Notes: generated from the sequence alone by a model not told the origin. A stretch of DNA of 24,000 nt from Acidocella facilis ATCC 35904 (GCF_000687875.1 NZ_JHYG01000009.1:33634-57633); one strand, 5' to 3'. Shown: positions 6,774 to 15,645, counted from the first letter of the stretch. Translations and numbers: made by a program.

Positions 6774-7736
6774 ATGACAGAGCTGCCCGCGTTTCTTGAT
6801 TCCACCCGCCCGCAAGTGCCGGATCTTTCCGTGCCGCGCGGCGTCACTCCGTTTTATCTGCCCGAGCGCCCGGTGCGCGGCCGGCTGGTGCGGCTGGGGC
6901 CGCTGGGGGCGACGCTGCTCTCCCGGCACCAGCATCCCGCCCCGGTGCGCGCCTTGCTTGGCCAGGCCCTGGCGCTGGCGGCGGGGCTCTCCACCGCGTT
7001 GAAATTCAAAGGCTCCTTCTCCATCCAGATTCGCGGCGACGGCCCGGTGCCGATGCTGGTGGTGGATTGCACCGAGGCCGGGGCGCTGCGCGGCTATGTG
7101 CGGGTGGAGGCGGGGGCTGAGATCCCGCCGGAGGCTACCGCCCGCCAGCTCTTCGGCAATGGCTATATCGCCTTCACCGTCGATCAGGGGCTGGACAAGG
7201 ACCCGAGCCAGGGCATCGTCGCCATCGAAGGCGAGAGCCTGACCGAGATGGCGGAGTATTATTTTTCCACCTCCGAGCAGCTGCCGGCGCGGATTTTCCT
7301 GGCGGCGGCGGAAGGCGAGGGGGGCTGGCGCGCCTCGGCTCTGGTGATGGAGCGTGTCGCCGGGGCCGGCGGCGTGGGCCCGGAGATATCCGAGGGCGAG
7401 CAGGAGGAAGCCTGGCGCACCGCCTGCATCCTGGCCGAGACGGTGACGCAGGAGGAGTTGCTGGATGATGCGCTCTCGCCCGAGCGGCTGCTCTACCGGC
7501 TGTTCCATGGCGAAGGCGCGGCGGTTTCCAAGCCGCGCGCTCTCTCCTTCGGCTGCCGCTGCTCGCGCCAGCGCCTGGGCGGCATTCTGGAAGGGTTCAA
7601 CCAGGAGGATCTCGACCATATGGCCGTCGAGGGCCAGATCGTGATGACCTGCGAATTCTGCAATTTCGATTTTTGTTTCGCCCGCGCGGATGTCGCCGGG
7701 CGCCCGCCCCAAACCGACCTTGGAGCCCCCGAATGA
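6774..7736 (+). CDS. hslO: Hsp33 family redox-regulated chaperone
   Basis: The C-terminal zinc centre is present (CRCSRQR and CEFCN). Overall length and pattern fit Hsp33. The ATG at 6774 is preferred over the GTG at 6735. Confidence 0.8.
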   Translation: MTELPAFLDSTRPQVPDLSVPRGVTPFYLPERPVRGRLVRLGPLGATLLSRHQHPAPVRALLGQALALAAGLSTALKFKGSFSIQIRGDGPVPMLVVDCTEAGALRGYVRVEAGAEIPPEATARQLFGNGYIAFTVDQGLDKDPSQGIVAIEGESLTEMAEYYFSTSEQLPARIFLAAAEGEGGWRASALVMERVAGAGGVGPEISEGEQEEAWRTACILAETVTQEELLDDALSPERLLYRLFHGEGAAVSKPRALSFGCRCSRQRLGGILEGFNQEDLDHMAVEGQIVMTCEFCNFDFCFARADVAGRPPQTDLGAPE

Positions 7737-8512
7737 AGAAGCTGCTTCTCGCTTTGCCGCTGCTGGCGCTTGCCTCCTGCGGCTCGACGCCACCGGCCCC
7801 GGTGCTGAAACCGCTGGATTATTCCTACCTGCCGCCGATCCTGTTGAAGGTGGCGCAGGTGAATGTGGTGACGAATTTCGTGCCCAGCCCGTCCCAGCAG
7901 CTGGCTGCGAGCCAGGACCCCGCCCCCCCGGCCGAGACGCTGGAGACGATGCTGCGCCAGCGCCTGCAGCCCGCCGGCCAGCCCGGCACCGCGACGGTGA
8001 CGGTCACCAACGCCTCGGTTGATAATGTCAGCGGCAATTTGGTCGGCGCGATGACGGTGGATGTGAATCTGGCCAGCGCCGATGGCCGCTCCACCGGCTT
8101 CACCGAGGCCAGTGTCGGCGCCACCCATAGCGCGCCGGATTCCGGCAATCCGGAGGATCTGCGCGTGGCCTATTACGACCTGACCAAGCAGCTGATGACG
8201 CAGATGAATGTGCAGCTGCAGTACCAGATCCAGAAAAACCTGCCGAACTGGATTTCCTGGACCAGTGACGGCGGCGCCGCTGCCCCGGCGGCGGCCTCCC
8301 CCGATGCCGGGGGCGGGGTGATCCAGGCGGCGCCGCTCGCGGCCCCGCCGGGGGTGGGCACCGCCCCTGGCATGGCCACCAGCACGACCACGACGACGAC
8401 CACCGCCCCCGTGGCGCCGGCGGCGCCGGTGCCCGGCCAGCTCAACACCAATGGCGCCGTGCCTGGCTATCTGCCTGGGGCGGGCCCGGCGGCCTTGGGG
8501 GCGCAGCCATGA
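7733..8512 (+). CDS. Hypothetical lipoprotein with a Pro/Ala/Thr-rich C-terminal tail
   Basis: MKKLLLALPLLALASCGS contains a lipobox (LASC). The start overlaps the hslO stop (ATGA). A poly-Thr tract (TSTTTTTTT) is encoded near 8380-8405. Confidence 0.65.
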   Translation: MKKLLLALPLLALASCGSTPPAPVLKPLDYSYLPPILLKVAQVNVVTNFVPSPSQQLAASQDPAPPAETLETMLRQRLQPAGQPGTATVTVTNASVDNVSGNLVGAMTVDVNLASADGRSTGFTEASVGATHSAPDSGNPEDLRVAYYDLTKQLMTQMNVQLQYQIQKNLPNWISWTSDGGAAAPAAASPDAGGGVIQAAPLAAPPGVGTAPGMATSTTTTTTTAPVAPAAPVPGQLNTNGAVPGYLPGAGPAALGAQP

Positions 8513-8853
8513 GCCGGCTGGTGCAGCTGCCGCCCGCCGGGGTGGCGGAATGGAGTCCGATCGCGCCGGAAAAAGTGATTTCCGGCGAACCGATGGCGCG
8601 CACGATCGTGCTGTATGAGAACCCGGCACGCGGACTCGCCGCCGGGGAATGGGAAGCCAGCCCCGGCAAATGGCGGATCGCCTATACCGAGTGGGAATAT
8701 ATGGAGATCATCTCCGGCGCCTGCGTGGTGGAGGGCGATGATGGCCGGCGGATCGAGGCGGGGCCTGGGGATAAATTCGTGATCGAGCCCGGCTTCACCG
8801 GCACCTGGGAGGTGCTCTCGGCGCTGCGCAAGAGCTGGGTGATCCAGGAATAG
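8509..8853 (+). CDS. Cupin domain protein (DUF861/EutQ-like)
   Basis: The 114-aa ORF starts with an ATGA overlap onto the upstream gene. It has a cupin-like beta pattern (WEYMEIISGACVVEGDDG..IEAGPGDKFVIEPGFTGTWEV). Confidence 0.65.
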   Translation: MSRLVQLPPAGVAEWSPIAPEKVISGEPMARTIVLYENPARGLAAGEWEASPGKWRIAYTEWEYMEIISGACVVEGDDGRRIEAGPGDKFVIEPGFTGTWEVLSALRKSWVIQE

Positions 8854-8872
8854 CTGAAATTAGCGGAAGTGC

Positions 8873-8901
8873 TTGACGCGGCCCCTTGGGCGGTCTAGAC
8901 G
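8873..8901 (+). promoter_or_regulatory. Candidate sigma70-type promoter of rpsT
   Basis: TTGACG (8873-8878), a 17-nt spacer, then TAGACG (8896-8901), about 40 nt upstream of the rpsT ATG. The -10 element is weak. Confidence 0.3.
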
Positions 8902-8939
8902 GCGCGCTCCATTACACACACCTTTTTTGTTCGGATAAC

Positions 8940-9209
8940 ATGGCCAATATCGCATCTGCCCAGAAACGCATCCGCCAGACGCTGAAGCGCACGGCGCGCA
9001 ACAAGGCGCGCAAGTCCCGCGTCCACACCTTCATCCGCAAGGTTGAAGAGGCCGTGGCGGCTGGCGACAAGGCAGCCGCGCAGGCTGCGTTGATCGCTGC
9101 CCAGCCGGAGCTACAGCGCGCGGCTGGCAAGGGCGTGCTGAAGGCGAATGCGGTTGCCCGCAAGATCTCCCGCCTGTCAGCCAGCGTGAAGGCCGTCGCC
9201 GCCGCTTAA
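8940..9209 (+). CDS. rpsT: 30S ribosomal protein S20
   Basis: [38 protein letters not shown]... is a canonical bS20 N-terminus. The protein is 89 aa. Confidence 0.95.
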   Translation: MANIASAQKRIRQTLKRTARNKARKSRVHTFIRKVEEAVAAGDKAAAQAALIAAQPELQRAAGKGVLKANAVARKISRLSASVKAVAAA

Positions 9210-9260
9210 TGCGCCGGTTGGGATAATCCTCCGGGTTGTCCCAAAAAATATACGTTTTTG

Positions 9261-9308
9261 AACCGCCGTCATCTTGTTGTAATGGCAAGATACGGCGGTT
9301 TTCTATTC
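9261..9308 (+). terminator. Rho-independent terminator of rpsT
   Basis: AACCGCCGTCATCTTG / CAAGATACGGCGGTT forms a stem with one bulge and is followed by TTTTCTATTC. Confidence 0.7.
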
Positions 9309-9650
9309 TTGGTTGCAAGCCCAGGCTTTTGCTATGGCAAGTAGGTAGGCGCAAAGAAAGTTTTTTATTTGTAGTCTTTTGAATTTAAACGTTTTTTTCG
9401 AAGTGTCAGCAGCTTGTTCGCAAAGCTGTCGCATTTGTCGGCTTGCTTCGGCGAGGCGTTTAGACCTAATGTCCAAGCCTCAATTGACTGTTCAGGACTG
9501 TCTCATTTCTGAGAAGGCGCCCTTTTCCCAAGGGTTTGCTTTGCGGAATCGGTCCTTTGCGGCGCTGTGTTCGGGGTTAGGCAAAGCAGAATGGGTATCA
9601 ACCTAGAGATCAATTCCTCTGGTCAGGGCGGCGCTGCGCTGCAAACCTCC
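9309..9650 (+). promoter_or_regulatory. Low-GC dnaA upstream/leader region with an AT-rich tract
   Basis: By direct count, 9361-9400 is about 20% GC and 9361-9420 is 30% GC, against a high-GC background. Direct repeats are present: GACTGT x2 (9486-9501) and CTTTGCGG x2 (9539-9562). Confidence 0.4.
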
Positions 9651-11036
9651 ATGATATGGAATGAAGAGGCACGGCTGGCTGAGCAATGGGGCCGCGTGCG
9701 CGCCCGGCTGCAGGCGGAAGTGGGTGAGGTCGAATATCGCACCTGGCTGAAGCAGGTGAGCTTTGGCGGTGTTGCCGGCGACGAGGCGGTGGTGCTGCTG
9801 CCGACCCGCTTTCTGCGCGACTGGGTGAACAAGGAATATGGCGAGCTGATCGCCTCCTTCTGGCAGGCTGAGAATCCGGGCGTGAAGCGGGTTGAGTTCC
9901 GCACTGGCGCGCCCTCCGCGCGTCCGGCCGCGCCGGATCTGGCCGAGCCGGCCGCGCGGCCGGTGGCCGGGCAGGCGGCGATGCCGGCGCCGCGCCAGGA
10001 GAACATGGCCGGGCTGGACCAGCGTTTTACCTTCGAGACCTTCGTCGTCGGCAAGCCGAACGAGTTCGCCTATGCCTGCGCGCGGCGGGTGGCCGAGAGC
10101 CCGGCGACGCCGGGCTTCAACCCGCTGTTCCTTTATGGCGGTGTCGGGCTGGGCAAGACCCATCTGATGCACGCCATCGCCTGGGAGCTGTCCACCAATG
10201 CGCGCGGCGGGCGGCCGGTCTCGGTGGCCTATATGTCCGCCGAGCGCTTCATGTACCGCTTCATCAACGCGCTGCGCTCGCAATCCACGCTGGAATTCAA
10301 GAACGAGCTGCGGTCCGTCGACGTGCTGATGATCGACGATCTGCAGTTCCTGATCGGCAAGGACAACACCCAGGAAGAATTCTTCCACACCTTCAACGCG
10401 CTGGTGGATGCGGGCAAGCAGATCGTCATCTCCGCCGACAAATCCCCCTCCGACCTCTCGGGGCTGGAGGACCGGCTGCGTACCCGCCTGGGCTGCGGCA
10501 TCGTCGCGGATCTGCACGCCACCACATTCGAGCTGCGCTATTCCATTCTGGAGGCCAAGGCGCAGCGCGCCGGGGTGGAGGTGCCGCCGAAGGTGGTGGA
10601 ATTCCTCGCCCGCAAGATCACCAGCAATAACCGTGAGCTGGAAGGCGCGCTGAACCGCCTCGTCGCGCATGCCAATCTGTTCAACCGGCAGGTGACGCTG
10701 GATACCGCGCATGAGGTGCTGCACGATGTGCTGAAGGCGCATGACCGCAAGATCTCCATCCAGGAAATCCAGAAGCGCGTCTGCGAGCATTATAATATCC
10801 GCATCGCCGAGATGAGCTCCGCCCGGCGGGCGCGCAACATCGCCCGGCCGCGCCAGGTGGCAATGTACCTGGCCAAGCAGCTGACCTCGAAGAGCCTGCC
10901 CGATATCGGCCGGCATTTCGGCGACCGCGACCATACCACCGTCATGCATGCGGTCTCGCGGGTGACCGAGCTGATCGGCCAGGATGCCGCTTTCGCCGAG
11001 GATGTCGAGCTGCTCAAGCGCATGCTGGAGAACTGA
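9651..11036 (+). CDS. dnaA: Chromosomal replication initiator protein DnaA
   Basis: Walker A GGVGLGKTHL, the box VII region, and the C-terminal DNA-binding helix (RPRQVAMYLAKQLTSKSLPDIGRHFGDRDHTTVMHA) are present. The start at ATG 9651 was chosen by N-terminal similarity (WGRVRARLQAEVGE..Y.TWL). GTG 9567 and ATG 9591 are alternatives. Confidence 0.92.
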   Translation: MIWNEEARLAEQWGRVRARLQAEVGEVEYRTWLKQVSFGGVAGDEAVVLLPTRFLRDWVNKEYGELIASFWQAENPGVKRVEFRTGAPSARPAAPDLAEPAARPVAGQAAMPAPRQENMAGLDQRFTFETFVVGKPNEFAYACARRVAESPATPGFNPLFLYGGVGLGKTHLMHAIAWELSTNARGGRPVSVAYMSAERFMYRFINALRSQSTLEFKNELRSVDVLMIDDLQFLIGKDNTQEEFFHTFNALVDAGKQIVISADKSPSDLSGLEDRLRTRLGCGIVADLHATTFELRYSILEAKAQRAGVEVPPKVVEFLARKITSNNRELEGALNRLVAHANLFNRQVTLDTAHEVLHDVLKAHDRKISIQEIQKRVCEHYNIRIAEMSSARRARNIARPRQVAMYLAKQLTSKSLPDIGRHFGDRDHTTVMHAVSRVTELIGQDAAFAEDVELLKRMLEN

Positions 11037-11058
11037 ACCCGCCTTTGCCGGCGGTGAG

Positions 11059-11088
11059 AAAGGGGCCCGCGGGGCCCCTTTTCTTTGG
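11059..11088 (+). terminator. Rho-independent (potentially bidirectional) terminator after dnaA
   Basis: A perfect 10-bp stem (AAAGGGGCCC-GCG-GGGCCCCTTT) is followed by TCTTT, with an A-run on the 5' side. Confidence 0.75.
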
Positions 11089-11186
11089 CCGAATCCCTGG
11101 CTTTGCAAGCCCCTGGTCAGCTTGCTACTCTAAGGCCCGAATCGCGCCGCAAACCAAGTGATTCGATCGCAGTCTGGAAGGGTATC

Positions 11187-12314
11187 ATGAAGTTCAAGGC
11201 CGATCGCGCCACGCTGATGAAGTCGCTCGCTCACGTGCAGAACGTGGTGGAGAAGCGCAATACCATTCCCATTCTCGCCAACGTGCTGCTCTCGGTGCAG
11301 AATGGCCGGCTTTCCATCGCCGCGACCGATCTGGAGATCGCGCTGGTGGAAGAGGTGGCGGCGGAGACGCTGCGCGACGGCGCCATCACCGTGCCGGCGG
11401 CGACCTTGTATGAGATTGTCCGCCGCCAGCCGGAGAATGCGGTGATCGAGCTCGATCATCCGGGCGGGGACGCGCCGCTGGCGCTGCGCGCCGGGCGCTA
11501 TTCCACCAGCCTGGTGGCGCTCTCGGTCGAGGAATTCCCGAAGCTCGATGCCGGCAAGCTCTCGCACAGCTTCGTGCTCTCGGCGATCGAGCTGCGCGGG
11601 CTGATCGACCGCACCCGCTTTGCCATCTCCACCGAGGAGACGCGCTATTATCTCAACGGCATCTATCTGCACGCCGCCGAGGGCCAGGACGGCCCGGTGA
11701 TCCGCGCGGTGGCGACGGACGGGCATCGTCTGGCGCGCGTTGAGGAGCCGCTCCCGAGCGGGGCGGCTGGTATGCCCGGCATCATCGTGCCGCGCAAGAC
11801 CGTGACCGAGCTGCGCAAGCTGCTGGATGAGGCGAGCGGCGAGGTGGAGGTGGCGCTTTCCGAGACGCGCATCCAGTTCACCATCGGCACCATGCGCCTG
11901 ACCAGCAAGCTGATCGATGGCACCTTCCCGGATTATGACCGCGTGATCCCGCGGGGGAATGACAAGATCCTGCGGGTGGACAAGAAGGATTTCAACGATG
12001 CGGTCGGCCGCGTCTCGGCGATTTCGGCGGAGAAGCACCGGCCGGTGAAGCTCTCGCTGGCGAAGGAGCTGCTGGTGATCTCGGCGGCCTCCGCCGAGCA
12101 GGGCTCGGCCTCCGAGGAGCTAGGCGGGGATCTGGTGGATTACCAGTCCGGGCCGTTGGAAATCGGCTTCCAGGCGCGCTATCTCTCGGATGTCACCGAC
12201 CAGATCAAGTCCGGCAAGGTGGAATTCGCCTTCGCTGACGGCGCCGCGCCGACGCTGGTGCGTGAGGAGAATGACAGCTCGGCGGTTTATGTTTTGATGC
12301 CGATGCGGGTGTGA
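11187..12314 (+). CDS. dnaN: DNA polymerase III beta sliding clamp
   Basis: MKFKADRATLMKSLAHVQNVVEKRNTIPILANVLL is a typical DnaN N-terminus. GGAAGG lies upstream of the ATG at 11187. The protein is 375 aa. Confidence 0.92.
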   Translation: MKFKADRATLMKSLAHVQNVVEKRNTIPILANVLLSVQNGRLSIAATDLEIALVEEVAAETLRDGAITVPAATLYEIVRRQPENAVIELDHPGGDAPLALRAGRYSTSLVALSVEEFPKLDAGKLSHSFVLSAIELRGLIDRTRFAISTEETRYYLNGIYLHAAEGQDGPVIRAVATDGHRLARVEEPLPSGAAGMPGIIVPRKTVTELRKLLDEASGEVEVALSETRIQFTIGTMRLTSKLIDGTFPDYDRVIPRGNDKILRVDKKDFNDAVGRVSAISAEKHRPVKLSLAKELLVISAASAEQGSASEELGGDLVDYQSGPLEIGFQARYLSDVTDQIKSGKVEFAFADGAAPTLVREENDSSAVYVLMPMRV

Positions 12315-12321
12315 AGGTTTT

Positions 12322-12347
12322 GTGGCCCTTTTTGAAAAAAGGGCCAC
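12322..12347. repeat. Palindrome GTGGCCCTTTTT-G-AAAAAAGGGCCAC
   Basis: A perfect hairpin lies 8 nt after the dnaN stop. The A/T runs are inside the stem rather than flanking it. Confidence 0.6.
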
Positions 12348-12484
12348 GCCCTCCGGCGGCTTTCCAGCACCGCTTCGCGATGCTGGAACCTTGGCCGCCT
12401 GCGCCCAAAAACGTTTGCGCCTGGGTGCTGGGGGTTTTCCACGCCGTTGCCAGGGCTTCACCGCCCGTGAGCAAAAGTTTTTGC

Positions 12485-12508
12485 TGCCGCTTTTTTCAAA
12501 AAGCGGCA
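12485..12508. repeat. Palindrome TGCCGCTTTTT-TC-AAAAAGCGGCA
   Basis: A perfect hairpin lies 17 nt before the recF start. Its 12-nt core is the reverse complement of the core at 12322-12347. Confidence 0.6.
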
Positions 12509-12524
12509 AAGGACCGCCGTCATA

Positions 12525-13637
12525 TTGCTATCCCGCCTGACGCTCACCGATTTCCGCTCCTACGCCACGCTGCGCTTTGAGGCGCCGGCGCGGCGCCTGG
12601 TGTTCACCGGCCCGAACGGCGCGGGCAAGACCAATCTGCTGGAAGCGGCCTCGCTGCTGGTCCCTGGGCGCGGCCTGCGCGGGGCAAAATTCGCCGAGCT
12701 GGCGCGCCAGGGCGGCGCCGGGGGCTGGGCGGTGGCCGCACAGTTTTCCAACGGGCTGGAGATCGGCACCGGGGCGGTGGAAGGGGCGCCGGAGCGGCGG
12801 GAATTCCGCCTCAACGGGGTGAAGCCCCGGGCGCAATCGGATGTCGCGGAGCAGCTCGCCGCTGTCTGGCTGACCCCACAGATGGACCGGCTGTTCACGG
12901 ATACCGCCTCCGGCCGACGTAAATTCCTGGATCGCCTGGTGATCGCGCTGGAGCCGTTCCATGCGCGCGAGATCGCGGCCTTCGAGAGTGCCTCCGCCCA
13001 GCGCAACCGGCTGCTGGCCGAGCCGCGTTACGACCCTGCCTGGGTGGCGGGGCTGGAGGATGCGATGGCCCGCCATGCCGTCGCCGCCACGGCGGCCCGG
13101 CTGGGGCTGATCGCGCGGCTGAATGCGAGCCTGGAGGCGGGCGCGGCGGACCCGTTTCCGCGGGTGACACTGGGGTTGGCCTGCCCGATCGCGCAGCTTC
13201 TGGACGCGGCTGCGGCGCTGGATGTGGAAGACTGGCTGCGCGGCGCGCTGGCGGCCTCGCGCGCCACCGATGCGGCGGTGAAATCCTCAGGCTACGGCCC
13301 GCAGAAGGCCGATCTGCTGATTGCCGATGCCCAGGCCGGCCGCCCCGCCGCGCTCTCCTCCACCGGCCAGCAGAAGGCGATGCTGATCGGCATCGTGCTC
13401 GGCCATGTCGCTTTGATTACCGCGCTGCGGGGCGCCCCGCCGCTGCTGCTGCTGGATGAGCCGCTGGTGCATCTGGATGCGCAGCGGCGCGGCGCCTTGT
13501 TCGCTGCCCTGGCCCGGATGGACGCGCCGGCCTGGCTGACCGGCACGGATCAGGAGCTGTTCGCGGGGCTGGACGCCGCGCGTCTGGCCGTGCGCGAGAG
13601 CCTCTTAGAGCATCAAGCTTTTCGCTTGAGGCTCTAA
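12525..13637 (+). CDS. recF: DNA replication and repair protein RecF
   Basis: TTG start. LTLTDFRSY, Walker A GPNGAGKTNLLEA, the signature STGQQKA and Walker B LLLLDEP are present. The last 10 codons and the stop lie inside repeat copy 2. Confidence 0.9.
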   Translation: MLSRLTLTDFRSYATLRFEAPARRLVFTGPNGAGKTNLLEAASLLVPGRGLRGAKFAELARQGGAGGWAVAAQFSNGLEIGTGAVEGAPERREFRLNGVKPRAQSDVAEQLAAVWLTPQMDRLFTDTASGRRKFLDRLVIALEPFHAREIAAFESASAQRNRLLAEPRYDPAWVAGLEDAMARHAVAATAARLGLIARLNASLEAGAADPFPRVTLGLACPIAQLLDAAAALDVEDWLRGALAASRATDAAVKSSGYGPQKADLLIADAQAGRPAALSSTGQQKAMLIGIVLGHVALITALRGAPPLLLLDEPLVHLDAQRRGALFAALARMDAPAWLTGTDQELFAGLDAARLAVRESLLEHQAFRLRL

Positions 13638-13710
13638 GTTTTGTTTTAGCGAGCAATTTCATGTGTTTTTCTTGACGCTGGCGCGTCAACCTAAACACAT
13701 ATTGCTCTAA
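13605..13710 (+). mobile_element. MITE-like TA-flanked dual-hairpin repeat, copy 2 (inverted relative to copies 1 and 3)
   Basis: Its reverse complement is 103/106 identical to 4448-4553. The terminator-like hairpin at 13606-13636 has two mismatches and is followed by GTTTTGTTTT (13638-13647). TA flanks are present at 13606-13607 and 13708-13709. Confidence 0.8.
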
Positions 13711-13796
13711 CCTCCGGCTGAAGCTTTCTCCACCTGCCGGCATTCGCCCGTGCCCGCGCCTAAATCGCGGGGAGCAACCGCAGAACGGGAGAAGCC

Positions 13797-14789
13797 ATGA
13801 GCAAGATCGTTGTTGTCACCGGCGCTGGCGCCGGGGTGGGCCGGGCCACCGCAACCATGTTCGCCAAGGCGGGCTATGATGTGGCGTTGCTGGGGCGCGA
13901 TGAGGGCCGGCTGCAGGCCGCCGCCGCCGAAATTCAGGGGCTGGGGGCGCGTGCCGTCTGGCATTCGGTGGACGTGGCCGATGCCGATGCCGTCTCCCAG
14001 GCCGCCCAGGCGATCGAGCAGGAATTCGGGCCGATCAGCGTCTGGGTCAATAACGCCATGGCCACCGTGTTCGCGCCAGTGACCAAGGTGACACCGGAGG
14101 AATTCCGCCGCGCCACGGAAGTGACCTATCTCGGCACCGTGCATGGCTGTCTGGCGGCGCTGGCGGCGATGCAGAAACGCGGTGCCGGCACCATCATCAA
14201 TGTCGGCTCGGCTTTGGCCTATCGCTCGGTGCCGCTGCAATCGGCTTATTGCGGGGCGAAATCCGCCATTCGTGGCTTCACTGACAGTCTGCGCAGCGAG
14301 CTGATCCATGATCGCAGCCAGATCAAGCTCTGCATGGTGCATCTGCCGGCGGTGAACACGCCGCAATTCAACTGGGCGCTGAACAAGATGGGCCGCCGGC
14401 CGATGCCGGTGCCGCCGGTCTATGCGCCGGAGGTGCCAGCCCGGGCGATCCTGTTCGCGGCCGAGCATCCGCGCCGGGAGCTCTGGGTCGGGTTCCCGAC
14501 GGTGAAGGCCATTCTCGCCAACCGCATCGCGCCGGGCTTTGCCGATTGGGTGCTGGCCAGGCAGGGCTATTCCGGCCAGCTGACCAGCGAGCCTGAGCCG
14601 GAGGACCGCCCGGCCAATTTGTTCAAGCCGGTGCCTGGCGATGAAGCGGCGCATGGGCGGTTCGACGGTGTCGAGCGCGAGGTTAGCTGGGAGATGTTCT
14701 CCGGCCGGCACAAGGCGGCCGCCTATGCCGGGCTGCTGGCGCTGGGGCTCGGCGCCGCGTTGGGGCTGCGGCGCTTAAAGCAAGGCTGA
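13797..14789 (+). CDS. Short-chain dehydrogenase/reductase family oxidoreductase with a C-terminal membrane anchor
   Basis: TGAGAGVG Rossmann motif, NNAM, catalytic YCGAK, and a hydrophobic C-terminal segment (AAAYAGLLALGLGAALGL). Confidence 0.8.
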   Translation: MSKIVVVTGAGAGVGRATATMFAKAGYDVALLGRDEGRLQAAAAEIQGLGARAVWHSVDVADADAVSQAAQAIEQEFGPISVWVNNAMATVFAPVTKVTPEEFRRATEVTYLGTVHGCLAALAAMQKRGAGTIINVGSALAYRSVPLQSAYCGAKSAIRGFTDSLRSELIHDRSQIKLCMVHLPAVNTPQFNWALNKMGRRPMPVPPVYAPEVPARAILFAAEHPRRELWVGFPTVKAILANRIAPGFADWVLARQGYSGQLTSEPEPEDRPANLFKPVPGDEAAHGRFDGVEREVSWEMFSGRHKAAAYAGLLALGLGAALGLRRLKQG

Positions 14790-14829
14790 GCGGCTTTGTT
14801 TCAGGCAAGGGAGCCCTTATACCGCTCCC

Positions 14830-15645
14830 ATGCGTATTCTTCTGCTCGGCGACCTGCTCGGCCGCTCCGGCCGCGAGGCGGCTCTCAAACATATTCCTGA
14901 GCTGCGCGCGGCGCTGAAACTGGATTTCGTCGCGGTGAACGCCGAGAATGCCAGCCATGGTTTCGGGCTGGGGCCGGACATGGCGCAGGCGCTCTTCGCC
15001 GCCGGGGCGGATGTGATCACGCTGGGCAACCATGCCTGGGACCGCCGGGAGATCATCCCCTACATCGCCAGCGAAAAACGCTTGATCCGCCCGATCAATT
15101 TCCCGCCCGGCACGCCGGGTGCGGGGGCCTGCCTGGCAACGTTGCCGGATGGGCGCAAGGTGCTGGTGGCGCAGGCGATGGGGCGGCTCTACATGGAGGC
15201 GATGGATTGCCCGTTTCGCGGCATCGATGAGCTGCTCACCCGCCATAAGCTCGGCATCACCGCCCATGCCATCCTGATCGACATCCATGCCGAGGCGACG
15301 TCGGAGAAAATGGCGTTCGGCCATGCCTTCGATGGCCGCGTCACCGCCGTCACCGGCACCCACACCCATATCCCCACCGCCGACCACCAGATCCTCCCAG
15401 GCGGCACCGGCTTCGCGACGGATCTGGGCATGTGCGGGGATTATGATTCGATCATCGGCATGCAGAAGGCCCCGGCGCTGAACCGGTTCATCCGCAAGAT
15501 GCCGGGTGAGAAGCTGAGCCCGGCGGAGGGCCCGGCGACCCTGTGCGGCGCTTTCGTGGAGACGGATGACGCCACCGGGCTGGCCAAACGCATCGAGCCG
15601 GTGCGGCTGGGCGGACGTTTGGCGCCGGCCATGCCCTCGGCGTAA
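14830..15645 (+). CDS. YmdB-like (TIGR00282 family) metallophosphoesterase
   Basis: MRILLLGDLLGRSGREA, VNAENASHGFG, GNHAWD and GTHTHIPTAD are motifs typical of the YmdB family. Confidence 0.8.
   Translation: MRILLLGDLLGRSGREAALKHIPELRAALKLDFVAVNAENASHGFGLGPDMAQALFAAGADVITLGNHAWDRREIIPYIASEKRLIRPINFPPGTPGAGACLATLPDGRKVLVAQAMGRLYMEAMDCPFRGIDELLTRHKLGITAHAILIDIHAEATSEKMAFGHAFDGRVTAVTGTHTHIPTADHQILPGGTGFATDLGMCGDYDSIIGMQKAPALNRFIRKMPGEKLSPAEGPATLCGAFVETDDATGLAKRIEPVRLGGRLAPAMPSA

Noticed and set aside
5567-7793. Long ORFs 5567-6799 (+) and 6441-7793 (-), opposite hldE and hslO
   Set aside because: They are antisense to well-supported genes, and their composition is Arg/Gly/His-rich with no motifs.
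9379-9606. 75-aa plus-strand ORF in the rpsT-dnaA intergenic region
   Set aside because: It has a non-ATG start, no SD, and atypical composition for this genome. It lies in the low-GC regulatory region and is probably not coding.
9603-11108. 501-aa minus-strand ORF antisense to dnaA
   Set aside because: The plus-strand frame is unmistakably DnaA. The antisense ORF is a high-GC artefact.
12311-12580. ORFs 12311-12580 and 12322-12540 in the dnaN-recF spacer
   Set aside because: They run straight through stacked palindromes and overlap the recF start. The sequence is better explained as structured non-coding DNA.
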